A DNA stretch of 64,000 nucleotides from Spirochaetia bacterium (GTDB taxonomy: Bacteria; Spirochaetota; Spirochaetia; DSM-2461), in contig CAXXIA010000001.1 in NCBI GenBank assembly GCA_963666985.2, forward strand, positions 352,001-416,000, in the 5' to 3' direction. This document shows positions 29,999 to 39,469 of this stretch, piece by piece. The notes beneath the pieces are model-generated. The model saw nothing but the letters and a program-made list of their open reading frames with translations, searched no databases and was not told the origin of the DNA. The translations under genes and the position numbers were made by a program. The first letter of the stretch is position 1, and each line of letters begins with the position of its first letter.

Positions 29999-30574
29999 AT
30001 GGGGCAATCGACCGGTGATAGAATCCTGAAAGCGGCACTCGATCTTTTTTCAGAACACGGTTATACGGATGTAACAACCAGAAGAATCGCATCCGCGGCC
30101 GGTGTGAACGAAGTAACTCTGTTTCGACTCTTCGGTACGAAAAAATTGCTTTATATCGGTGTGTTTGAACGGTTCTCTCTGAAACCCGGACCGGACGTTC
30201 TGGAGGGAATAACATACGAGCTGAATACCGACCTGAGAAAATTCGGTCATAAATTCGTAAAGCTGTTTCTGAATAATCTCAGAATTGTCAAAATGAGTTC
30301 ACTGGCGCTTGCCTCGGAAATCCCCGAAGTCCAATCGAAACTCGGCATTCAAATTCATGAACTGAAATACGTTATCGAGCCTTATTTCATCACAATGAAA
30401 AAACGGGGTTCCCTTTTCGGCGATCCGGTTTCTTCATGCGATCTTTTTGTTGATCTTCTTTTCGGTTATGCGGGACACATCGAACGATCCGGAAGAGTGG
30501 ATGAGTTATCGAACTCTCTGGATCGTCTTATTTCAATATTCGCCTCGGGGATAGCTTCAACGGTAAACTCATAG
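29999..30574 (+). CDS. TetR/AcrR family transcriptional regulator
   Basis: HTH RILKAALDLFSEHGY..TTRRIASAAGVNEVTLFRLFGTK; divergent from the MATE gene. Confidence 0.92.
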   Translation: MGQSTGDRILKAALDLFSEHGYTDVTTRRIASAAGVNEVTLFRLFGTKKLLYIGVFERFSLKPGPDVLEGITYELNTDLRKFGHKFVKLFLNNLRIVKMSSLALASEIPEVQSKLGIQIHELKYVIEPYFITMKKRGSLFGDPVSSCDLFVDLLFGYAGHIERSGRVDELSNSLDRLISIFASGIASTVNS

Positions 30575-30953
30575 GGATGCCGGGTAAGTAGGTCGGTCAG
30601 ACCAAACAATGGAATCCGACAAACGGCCGAAGAGGCTTTTCGGAGAGTTCCTAAAAATAACGACTTGGATTAATATAAGAACTTCAACACAAGGTGACAT
30701 CGGCGTCTGTTCGGTAATGATACTCTTTTTTAAGAGTTTCAACTCTTTAATCAACAGTCTTGAGAGGGCGGTCCGGCCCCTCTTGTCCGAAGGCTCTGAA
30801 GCAAAATGCTTAGCCGCAGTTTCTTTGTGATTGTTCGGGATTCTTGAAGAAATGGTGAAGATTTTTAAAAGAACCGAAGATAAATACTGGAAATCATGAC
30901 TTCCTGAAAAAAAGGCGGTAATAAAATAACGAATATGGAGAAAGGATTAAGTA

Positions 30954-32006
30954 ATGGCAAATACGGTCTTTAGTTCACTGCAGCAAAATTTTAAATATAG
31001 AAAATACCAAGGACATGGCAAGCGATGGTTCATTCTGGGAGTCACCGCAGCCGTTCTCCTTCTTCTTTTTGGAATGATCACTTTGCTTTTTTCCGATCAA
31101 ATGATGCTTCAGACTCCCATTATTACTCAGGAGCCTTCGATTATCACTTATTTGGAAGGTGATGTGGAAGCTTTCATTCATGGTGATTGGATAACGGCTG
31201 AGATCGGAACGAAATTGAACGAGGGAGACGGAGTACGGACCGGTTCCGATTCATACGCCGATGTTCGTGTTTATCAAGATTCCGTTTTACGTCTGTTGGC
31301 GGATTCCGAAGTGATATTGGATGAGTCCGCTATAAAAGAACATAATATTGCGGTTAATGCAGGATTGGTTCTCGCGAAAGTTCGGCTGCTGTTTGATGGA
31401 CAGAGCCTGCAGTTTTTCACACCTAATGCCATCGCGGCCGTTCGGGGAACGGAGCTGGTTTTCGAATCGACACCGGAAGGCAGCCGAATTTATGCTCTTT
31501 CGGGAATCACCGAAGTGAACGCTAAAGATTATCCTGAAGAACCGATTTTATTGGCCTATGAGAAAAGCACTACAATTCGGAGCGGATCGCCTCCAACGGA
31601 TCCTGTTCCGATGGAAGCGGAAGATATTGCCAGGTTTCGGCGTGAAATCAATCTGATTCACTCCCAGGAAGTTTTCTTAATAACCCAGGATATTTTGTTT
31701 AAACCCGACAGTGCCGAAGTTTTGTCCGAATCAATAGATACGCTTGATGAGGTGGCGAGGACAATCCGTTTGAAGCGTGTCAATATCCTTATTGCCGGGC
31801 ATACGGCCGATGTGGGGAATACGTCCGCTCAAATCAGGCTATCCGAGGAACGGGCGCAAACGATACGCAATGAATTGATTAAAAGGCATGTTTCCCGGCG
31901 AAGGCTGGAAACCATCGGTTACGGCGGCAGCCAGCCGATCGGTGATAACAATACTCCGGAAGGTCGGGCGCAGAATCGTCGTGTGGAATTTATTCTGACG
32001 GAGTAA
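30954..32006 (+). CDS. FecR-domain / OmpA-like peptidoglycan-binding membrane protein
   Basis: One TM helix; FecR-like GDGVRTGSDS...TPNAIAAVRGT; OmpA C-terminal GHTADVG...LSEERA...GRAQNRRVEF. Confidence 0.85.
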   Translation: MANTVFSSLQQNFKYRKYQGHGKRWFILGVTAAVLLLLFGMITLLFSDQMMLQTPIITQEPSIITYLEGDVEAFIHGDWITAEIGTKLNEGDGVRTGSDSYADVRVYQDSVLRLLADSEVILDESAIKEHNIAVNAGLVLAKVRLLFDGQSLQFFTPNAIAAVRGTELVFESTPEGSRIYALSGITEVNAKDYPEEPILLAYEKSTTIRSGSPPTDPVPMEAEDIARFRREINLIHSQEVFLITQDILFKPDSAEVLSESIDTLDEVARTIRLKRVNILIAGHTADVGNTSAQIRLSEERAQTIRNELIKRHVSRRRLETIGYGGSQPIGDNNTPEGRAQNRRVEFILTE

Positions 32007-32277
32007 TGGAAGATCCGACAGGCTGTTGAAAAGGGCTCTCTCTTTCGCGCTGATAAAGAGTTTTGAGACTCGCCGAATCGCTGAAAGGTTCGATTTTGGG
32101 AACGATTCGGTTCGTAGCCGGCGAGACACGCACCTTGCTGCCGCCGCTGCGGGCCTGATTGGAACCAAAAGGTTGTTTTTCAACAGTTGATCATTCTCCA
32201 TCGAAGTTGTTGAATAAGCCGGCGATAATATTTACAAGGACACTTCTTAAAATCATTTTCCAGGGAGCTGGGATAAA

Positions 32278-33300
32278 GTGAAGAAATCACAATTCAGGCA
32301 ATTCTTACTCTCCCTTTTACTTCTGTTCCTGCTCATCCTTATCGGAACAGGCGGATATTATTTTATTGAAGGCTGGAGTCTGAGAGACAGCCTTTACATG
32401 ACGTTTATTACAATCTCGACGGTTGGTTACGGAGAGGTTCATTCCCTAACGCCGATGGGACAGAACTTTACGATCGTCTTTCTTATTTTTAGTGTCTTTA
32501 CCATTGGATACACCTTGACCAGGCTGCTGACGTTTATTTTCGAAGGGCAGATTGTCCAGACCATGAAGGAGCGCCGAATGAAGCGTTTATTATCGTTGAC
32601 AAAAGAGCACACCATTATTTGCGGTTTTGGTGATATCGGGCGGGAAGTGGCCGAGGAATTTTTAAGAAATAAGATTAAGTTCGTGGTGGTGGACAAAGAG
32701 TTCTCGGAATCTGATGTTGATCGTTATTCGGATGTTCTTTTCATTCAGGGTGATGCGGCGGATGAGGAAACCTTGAAAAATGCCAAAATCGAAAAGGCCA
32801 GAGCTGTTGTTGCCTGTCTTCCCGACGATCAGCAGAATGTTTTCGTGGTTCTGACGGCAAGACAGATGAATCCGAATCTTCAAATTGTGACAAAGGCTTC
32901 GGATGAGCGAAACATTGTTAAATTCACAAAGGCCGGCGCGGATCGGATTATCTCACCCAAACAGATTGCCGGACGGAGGCTCGCCGCCATGAGCAGCCAC
33001 CCTTCCATCGTCAATTTTCTGGAAGTCTTATCCTCCGGAGGGGATGAATCTTTACGAATCGAGTCGGTGAAGCTGGAAGCCGAATCATCACTTATTAATA
33101 AATCTCTGAAGGAAAGTAACATCGGTTCCTATACCGGGGCCATCATCATCGGTATTCTCGGTCCCGACGGCAGAACCCGTATGAATCAAACATCGCTGGC
33201 CACGCTTTCGTCTCTGATTCTTGGAGAAGGGGACGAATTGATCGCCCTGGGAAGCGAAGATCAGCTGGAGAGACTTGTTTCGTTCGCCGAAGGGCATTAG
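32278..33300 (+). CDS. Potassium channel with RCK (TrkA-N/TrkA-C) domains
   Basis: Selectivity filter TISTVGYG between two TM helices; Rossmann motif ICGFGDIG; AGADRIISP. Confidence 0.92.
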   Translation: MKKSQFRQFLLSLLLLFLLILIGTGGYYFIEGWSLRDSLYMTFITISTVGYGEVHSLTPMGQNFTIVFLIFSVFTIGYTLTRLLTFIFEGQIVQTMKERRMKRLLSLTKEHTIICGFGDIGREVAEEFLRNKIKFVVVDKEFSESDVDRYSDVLFIQGDAADEETLKNAKIEKARAVVACLPDDQQNVFVVLTARQMNPNLQIVTKASDERNIVKFTKAGADRIISPKQIAGRRLAAMSSHPSIVNFLEVLSSGGDESLRIESVKLEAESSLINKSLKESNIGSYTGAIIIGILGPDGRTRMNQTSLATLSSLILGEGDELIALGSEDQLERLVSFAEGH

Positions 33301-33340
33301 GGGAAGTTCCAGCACCGCAACAAGGATTGATATCTCTCGG

Positions 33341-33691
33341 TTATTCCGGATATTTCCCATAGGCGTTTTTCCATAAATCCGCGATTTCAAAAAACTTCTG
33401 ATATCCGTGCTCTCGGATGAAATCAATCGCTTCTCTGTATTTTCGATATTTATAGCCGTTCTTGGAATGCCATTCCTTAATGGCGGAACAGGATTCGAAT
33501 TGCGGGCAGTCGGCGCAGGTATCAAGTTGTTTATCTCGGAAACAGCAGAGTTTAAGAGCGCATTTAGCCTTGTTGATGTCCCGCTCTCCGGTATCAAAGC
33601 CGATTTTGCATCCTTTACAGACTCCGGAAAGAAAAGGTTTGCAAGTTTTACAATAAGCGCCGCAGCATCCGGCGAAACGGTTTGGATTCAT
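33341..33691 (-). CDS. Cys-rich small protein, DUF3795-like
   Basis: CCGAYCKTC...CKGC...C.LKLCC...CADCPQFESC pattern; ATGA overlap with the upstream helicase gene. Confidence 0.75.
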   Translation of the reverse strand: MNPNRFAGCCGAYCKTCKPFLSGVCKGCKIGFDTGERDINKAKCALKLCCFRDKQLDTCADCPQFESCSAIKEWHSKNGYKYRKYREAIDFIREHGYQKFFEIADLWKNAYGKYPE

Positions 33692-36600
33692 TGATTCCTT
33701 ACTGCAGCATCATCCAAATGATCAAACAAACTGAGTTGATTGTCCGGCTTCGACTTTCGCCGAGCATTATGCTCCTGAAGGTTTATAAGAGCTTCCTGAA
33801 TGTCTTTAAGGAAGGGGCTCTCCATTCGTGATTCATTTCTTCCGAAGATTTTCCGGTTTTGTGCCCAGGAAAGAATAACCCGCTGTTTCGCCCGAGTCAT
33901 GGCCACGTAGAGAAGCCTCTGTTCTTCTTCCACATCGGTTTTTGCATCTCCCGAGAGAGAATAAGGAAGAAGCCCGTCTTCGCATCCGGGAATGTAAACC
34001 ATGTCGAATTCGAGTCCTTTAGACGCATGGATGGTCATAAGAGAAACCGCCTGAACTCGGCTGTCATAGCGGTCAACACCCGATCCCAAACGGGCCCGAA
34101 CCGTAAAAGCCGCCGCGTCATCATCATCTTTCCAATAGACGGCCAGTTCATGGTCCATTCGATGAGCTGCTTGTGTTTCCTCGTCGGGTTCCGAATGGCC
34201 GTCTGTTGCTTCTTTGAAGCCGTCGCCGATTATAGAATCAGGTGTTTTGCGGAACTCCGCGTTGACCTCGCCGGTTTGTTTAGATTGAAGTCGGAAAAAA
34301 AGATCCACCGCCTTTCCTCGTGAAGAAGGAAGATTGCAGTTTAAAATTTTTGAGAGAGGAATGTCTTTCACTTCACCTACCGGTGAACGATCCGATCCCT
34401 TCTTATTGATGAGGATGCGAATGAAATTCAGAAACGAGCGGTAAGGTTCCTTGGCAAAGAGAGATTCGGTTTGGATAATCCGGAAGGGGATTCGATGATC
34501 CGATAAGGCCTTTTCCAAAAGCGGCATCTGCAGGGATGTTCGGCATAGGACGGCAATCTGTGAGAACGCTGTATCTCCGGAGCCCGATTCGGTAACGCCG
34601 CTGTCGAAGGAGAAAAAACCCACGCCTCCGGTGCAAACTTCAATATCACGGGCAATCTGTTCGGCTTCAAAAGCGGCGCTTGGGTTTTTCAGGATATCAA
34701 TTTTCACTCCGCCTTCCCGGCCGAAAAGCGGGAGATTTTCCGCTTTGAGAACTTGGGAAGAGGCTCTAATGACGGTGTCGGGGCAGCGGTAGCTTTGAGC
34801 CAGGGAAAACACGCGGCCTTGAGGAAAGTCCTCTTGGAATCGCCGGATAAACCCCGGAGAAGACCCGCGAAAGCCGTAAATCGATTGATTCGGATCGCCC
34901 ACGGCACAGAGTTCGGCGGTTTTCGAAAGAGTTCTGATAAGTGCGTATTGGATGGGATTGATATCCTGATATTCGTCGATGATGAGATGCCGGATTGATC
35001 TTCCGACGCTTTCGAGAATTGCCGGTCTTTTTTCGAATAGACGGACCGGCAGATAGACTAAGTCGTCAAAGTCGAAGCAGTTCCCGCGTCTGAGGATTTC
35101 CTGATATCGATGAAAACGGCCGAAATCGGTGCTCTGTTCTTCCGGAAACGGCCGGATGCCGCTTTTTACTTGGGAAGCATATTCGGTCAGTTCTTTTCTT
35201 TCTTCTCTCTTGCCGATCCCGGCCGCAGCCAGCAGCGCCGCTTTTTCCTCGTCGTCGATAATCAGAAAATTCGTATCGCGGCCCAAAAGAGGAAGAGAGG
35301 ATTGAAGAATCGTGAGGCCGAAACTGTGGAAGGTGGAAACTTTCACTCCCGATTGTTTCCGAGGGGGCCGGACCGCGGCCGATGACGCCGCCGGTCGAGG
35401 GGCTCCGGCTGTAACGGGGAGTTGTGTCTTACTCGCTGGTATGGGCGGCGCAGCGGCACTGTCGGCGGCGGAAGGTCTTGGCCGGTCGGCCGACTCGGAT
35501 GCATCGGCGGTGACTGAGGGGCCGCCGTAACCTTCAATCGGAACCTTGAGCGCGGCCAGGCGTTCCCTGAGTTCTTCGGCCGCTTTGTTGGCAAAGGTAA
35601 TGGCGACGATGCCTTCGGGATTTGTTCCGGTTGAAAGAAGAGTGCGAATTTTTTCCACCACGGTGTGTGTTTTCCCTGTTCCCGGACCGGCGATGATAAG
35701 ACTGGGACCGCCCGAATAGGAGGCGGCCGCCTCCTGCTCGGGATTCAGACCCGATGGCCAAGTTTTGCGGGCGGCGTTTTCGGTTTTGTCGGCGGAATCC
35801 TTTCCTGATGATTCAGGAGGTCGGGCGGATGCTGGGTTCTCGGCACGATCTGAGGGTTCGGAAGTTGGGGATTGGGGTGTATCTGCGTTTTGGCAGTCGG
35901 TTCCCGAGGCGGCTGCGAGGGTGTCGTCGGCGTTCTGATCGTTTGAATCGTCACATGATTCCAAAGAATCCGTTCCGCCAGGGAGAGCTGAATCAACCGT
36001 TAGGCCGGAAGTCGGGATCGTCTGAAAATCCGAAACCTCGGCTTTCTTTCTTTTTCGCTGATAGGCGGCCAGATCGAAATCAACCCAAGCGAGAGGCTCA
36101 GGGGCCTGACTCGTGTCGGCCTTTAGATCTGCGGCTGTAGGTGAGTCGAAGAGCGACGGCGTTGCTTCTGATCGCGGCGGAGGATCACCTGCGTTCCAAA
36201 TATGAATCGTTCCGTATTCTCCGTCGTAGCCTTCTTCGACGCGGACCTGCCGTCGCCGCATGCGGTCAACGGCTTCGGCCAGTTCTTCGCCTTCCGCTTG
36301 GGCGATCTCATCCTTCTCTCGATAGAGAAGAATGTCGAACTCGGCTCCGAGAGTTTTCAAACAGTTTTCGTATCGGGATTGGACCTTTTTCGATTGAGGA
36401 CCGACACCCTCAAGCTCCGCCAACAATTCCGGAAGGGGTATCAGGGAATAAAACGGATCCCGGTTGGGACGCTCGGCAACATCGGTCCTGTCGGCCAGTT
36501 GGGCCACACGGTTGAGAACTCCAATGGTAACAGGCCGTCCGCAGACCGGGCAGATTCCGCCGTTTTGAAGTGTTTCCAGGGGAGTCCAAACAACCGAGCA

Positions 36601-37464
36601 TTTACGATGTCCGTCGAAGTGATATTTCCCTTCCTGCGGAAAGAACTCAATCGTCCCCCGAAAACCCGCTTCCGCGCCTTTGGAGAGGGCCCGGATGATG
36701 TCGGGATAAGATAGTTCGGTGTCAAAGAGATTCGCCTCCCGGCCGAGTTTCTCCGGTGAGTGGGCATCCGAGTTGCTGATGATGGTGTAGGAGTCCAGGA
36801 AGGAACACATCCAGTTCATGGGAGGATCGGATGAAAGTCCGGTTTCCACCGCCGAGATGTGTTCCGATAAATCCCGGTAGCATTCTTTGATGGTGTCGAA
36901 TCCGGATTTTGATCCCAAGGCTGAAAACCAGGGGGTCCAGATATGGGCGGGAACGAAGAAAATCCGATCATCGGCTTCCAGGCAGAGTTCCAGAAGATCG
37001 CGGGAATCCAGTCCCAGAATGGGACGGCCGTCGGAGCGAATGTTGCCGCCGAGCTGTTCGATTTTTTCCTGAATCCTGAGGATGGCGGGAAAGTCCGGAG
37101 CAAAGATGACGTTATGGACCTTCCGGACCTTTTCTCCGTATTTATAGATGGAGCTGACTTCGGCGGTCAGGATGAAGCGCGTCCGTGCTTGATTCGCCTC
37201 CGGAGAGGAGGCCGTTCCGTTTTTAATCTCCGCGGAAAGATTATCAGGGATTCGATATTCGTTTTTAAGAACAAAGAGTCCCTCTTCCGCTGGAACAAGA
37301 TGTTCTTTAAGTTCCTGCGTCCAACCGGGGTGTGTGAAATCACCGGTTCCGAGGACGGCGATTCCTTTCTTTCGGGCCCAATAATCCAGTTTCTCCGGTG
37401 TGAGCTGCCGGCTGGTTGCCCGGGAGTAGTGGGAGTGAATATGAAAGTCTCCGGCAAAGCGCAT
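33688..37464 (-). CDS. PHP/endonuclease Q-like domain fused to a UvrD/PcrA helicase
   Basis: N-terminal DFHIHSHYSRATS, GTGDFTHP, HIWTPWF, ETGLSSD, SNSDAHS, HRKC..CPVCG. C-terminal AGPGTGKT, TFHSF, IDEYQD, GDPNQSIYGFRG, TIHASKGLEF, RLLYVAMTRA. Confidence 0.9.
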   Translation of the reverse strand: MRFAGDFHIHSHYSRATSRQLTPEKLDYWARKKGIAVLGTGDFTHPGWTQELKEHLVPAEEGLFVLKNEYRIPDNLSAEIKNGTASSPEANQARTRFILTAEVSSIYKYGEKVRKVHNVIFAPDFPAILRIQEKIEQLGGNIRSDGRPILGLDSRDLLELCLEADDRIFFVPAHIWTPWFSALGSKSGFDTIKECYRDLSEHISAVETGLSSDPPMNWMCSFLDSYTIISNSDAHSPEKLGREANLFDTELSYPDIIRALSKGAEAGFRGTIEFFPQEGKYHFDGHRKCSVVWTPLETLQNGGICPVCGRPVTIGVLNRVAQLADRTDVAERPNRDPFYSLIPLPELLAELEGVGPQSKKVQSRYENCLKTLGAEFDILLYREKDEIAQAEGEELAEAVDRMRRRQVRVEEGYDGEYGTIHIWNAGDPPPRSEATPSLFDSPTAADLKADTSQAPEPLAWVDFDLAAYQRKRKKAEVSDFQTIPTSGLTVDSALPGGTDSLESCDDSNDQNADDTLAAASGTDCQNADTPQSPTSEPSDRAENPASARPPESSGKDSADKTENAARKTWPSGLNPEQEAAASYSGGPSLIIAGPGTGKTHTVVEKIRTLLSTGTNPEGIVAITFANKAAEELRERLAALKVPIEGYGGPSVTADASESADRPRPSAADSAAAPPIPASKTQLPVTAGAPRPAASSAAVRPPRKQSGVKVSTFHSFGLTILQSSLPLLGRDTNFLIIDDEEKAALLAAAGIGKREERKELTEYASQVKSGIRPFPEEQSTDFGRFHRYQEILRRGNCFDFDDLVYLPVRLFEKRPAILESVGRSIRHLIIDEYQDINPIQYALIRTLSKTAELCAVGDPNQSIYGFRGSSPGFIRRFQEDFPQGRVFSLAQSYRCPDTVIRASSQVLKAENLPLFGREGGVKIDILKNPSAAFEAEQIARDIEVCTGGVGFFSFDSGVTESGSGDTAFSQIAVLCRTSLQMPLLEKALSDHRIPFRIIQTESLFAKEPYRSFLNFIRILINKKGSDRSPVGEVKDIPLSKILNCNLPSSRGKAVDLFFRLQSKQTGEVNAEFRKTPDSIIGDGFKEATDGHSEPDEETQAAHRMDHELAVYWKDDDDAAAFTVRARLGSGVDRYDSRVQAVSLMTIHASKGLEFDMVYIPGCEDGLLPYSLSGDAKTDVEEEQRLLYVAMTRAKQRVILSWAQNRKIFGRNESRMESPFLKDIQEALINLQEHNARRKSKPDNQLSLFDHLDDAAVRNQ

Positions 37465-37735
37465 GGTTAACTATACCGAATATTTTTCGGCTGGAGAACG
37501 TGAACTTTTTCCGGGATTGTTTTTGTATTTTACCATTGCCGACTTTAATCCTTTTTAGAAGATTTCGGGTACCGGCCCAATGCTTGTATATGATCATTCC
37601 CTAAGGCTTTCTCTCCTTGGTTTTTGAAATAGGTCTTTTTGAGTAATTTCGATAAAAATTTCACGTAATGAAGTTTCCATGCTAAAATTGACAGTCGTCC
37701 GGAGGGATGAAATTGTCTCATGGGGAGGTGCTTTC

Positions 37736-39019
37736 TTGGCTGATTATGCGATGAGATTGTCCGATGACGAGCGATCTGTTTTAGCCGGAGATAAAGGTGA
37801 AACACTGCGCAAGGCACTGGAAACGGTGGTTCGGTATGGAGAGGTTTTCGGTGCCGATTCTCTGGCGGATGTCGAAAAACCGGTTCATCTGGTCACGTCG
37901 TTCGGTGTACCGCTTTTAAAACCGGTCTTTTCCCTAATGGATGAGTTGATTGAAAACGGATTAAAGACCGCCTATCCCTTTACCGCGGATCCGCGTCCCG
38001 ATTTTTCAAACGTGCCCGCAAATCCGCTGGAAAAACTGATCTTCGGTAAAATCATGTACGGGAAACAGTCCGAATATGAGGAACAGCTGAGAAAAACGGG
38101 CTTGGCTTCCGATGATGCGTTTACCTGCACTTGCTACATGGACGAGGTGGGGAATATCCCTTCTGAGGGAGACATCCTGGCCTGGGCGGAGTCCTCGGCC
38201 GTTGTGTATGCCAATTCGGTTCTCGGAGCCAGAACAAATCGGAATTCAGGAGTACTGGAACTCTTAAGCGGCATCACCGGGAAAACGCCCGTCTTCGGAT
38301 TTCTTAGCGATGAAGGCCGCCGCGCCGACTGGCTGATTCAAGTAAAAACAACCAAGACTCCGGAAGCTCAAGTACTCGGATCGGCCATCGGCATGAAGGT
38401 GATGGAGGATGTTCCCTACATCAAGGGGCTGGACGGATTTCTCGGAAAGGAACTGAACTCCGAGGTAAAGGATTATCTGAAAGATATGGGAGCGGCGACG
38501 GCCTCCAATGGGGCGGTGGGTTTGTACCATGTGGAAAAGCTGACTCCGGAAGCGGTGAAAGGCGGAGAATCCTTGCTGAAAAAAGACTATCGGACCTATG
38601 TCGTCGATGATGCCGAGCTGGAGCGTGTAAAGAACGCCTACCCGGTGATGTGGAAGAATAAAGAAGCGAAGCCGAAGGTCTGTTTTATCGGTTGTCCGCA
38701 TCTTTCCTACAATCAGCTGATCCGCTGGACGGATGAAATCGTCGGCGCTTTGAAGAAATCCGGACGGAAAAAAGTCGCTGTCCGAACCGTCATGACCGCC
38801 GCGCCGGCCGTTATTGAACGGTTTAAAACCAATAAAGACTTTTATGCACGACTGACGGCGACGGGAGTCCGACTAAGTCCTGTTTGCCCGCTGATGTATA
38901 TGAACAACCCGCTTTGCGCGAAAAAGCCGGTAATCACCAATTCCAACAAATTGAGAACCTACACCACCAGCCGGTACTATACCGATTCGGAGATTCTCAA
39001 ATGCCTGGCAAGGAGATGA
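37736..39019 (+). CDS. Aconitase X catalytic (large) subunit, DUF521
   Basis: Motifs AWAESSAVVYANSVLGARTNR, GAATASNGAVGLYHV..TPEA, IGCPH, ITNSNK. Start moved to TTG 37736 after GGAGG. Confidence 0.9.
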   Translation: MADYAMRLSDDERSVLAGDKGETLRKALETVVRYGEVFGADSLADVEKPVHLVTSFGVPLLKPVFSLMDELIENGLKTAYPFTADPRPDFSNVPANPLEKLIFGKIMYGKQSEYEEQLRKTGLASDDAFTCTCYMDEVGNIPSEGDILAWAESSAVVYANSVLGARTNRNSGVLELLSGITGKTPVFGFLSDEGRRADWLIQVKTTKTPEAQVLGSAIGMKVMEDVPYIKGLDGFLGKELNSEVKDYLKDMGAATASNGAVGLYHVEKLTPEAVKGGESLLKKDYRTYVVDDAELERVKNAYPVMWKNKEAKPKVCFIGCPHLSYNQLIRWTDEIVGALKKSGRKKVAVRTVMTAAPAVIERFKTNKDFYARLTATGVRLSPVCPLMYMNNPLCAKKPVITNSNKLRTYTTSRYYTDSEILKCLARR

Positions 39020-39021
39020 AG

Positions 39022-39465
39022 ATGGAGTTTCAAGGACGGGTCATATTAGGCGGGGAATGTACCCTGGAAGCGGTGGTGACAAAACAGGGATTCAATACAC
39101 TGGCTTCCTGCCAAAAATCGGCCATGGCCAAAAAAGATCGGATTCTCTGCTCGGATCAGAACAATCCTGATTTGTTTAACAAAAACATCACCGGAAAAGC
39201 ACTCTGTCTTCCGAAAACCATCGGCTCCACAACCGGAGGAATGGTTCTGCAGACCGTCGCGGATATGGGGATTGCCCCCGCGGCCATGCTGTTCTCCGAA
39301 AGCATCGATTCTCTGGCGGCCAGCGGAGTGATTCTGGCCGATATCTGGAACAAGCATACCATCATTACCATCGACAGACTGGGTGCGGATTTCCTCGATG
39401 CCGTGCGGAGCGGAATGAATCTGGAAATTAAAAAAGACGGGACCGTCATATTAAAGGAGAACTGA
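39022..39465 (+). CDS. Aconitase X swivel (small) subunit, DUF126
   Basis: FQGRVI..G...EAVVT, ITGKALCLP..IGSTTGG, GIAPAAMLF. AGGAG RBS; alternative ATG at 39016 overlaps the upstream stop. Confidence 0.88.
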   Translation: MEFQGRVILGGECTLEAVVTKQGFNTLASCQKSAMAKKDRILCSDQNNPDLFNKNITGKALCLPKTIGSTTGGMVLQTVADMGIAPAAMLFSESIDSLAASGVILADIWNKHTIITIDRLGADFLDAVRSGMNLEIKKDGTVILKEN

Positions 39466-39469
39466 AAAC

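Noticed and set aside
30569..30830. Small ORFs between the TetR and FecR-OmpA genes
   Set aside because: No RBS or recognisable motif on either strand, so they cannot be supported.
37736..39465. Archaeal-type mevalonate pathway or hydroxyproline catabolism
   Set aside because: No UbiD/UbiX, mevalonate kinase or proline racemase-family gene is in the window. They cannot be excluded elsewhere in the genome.
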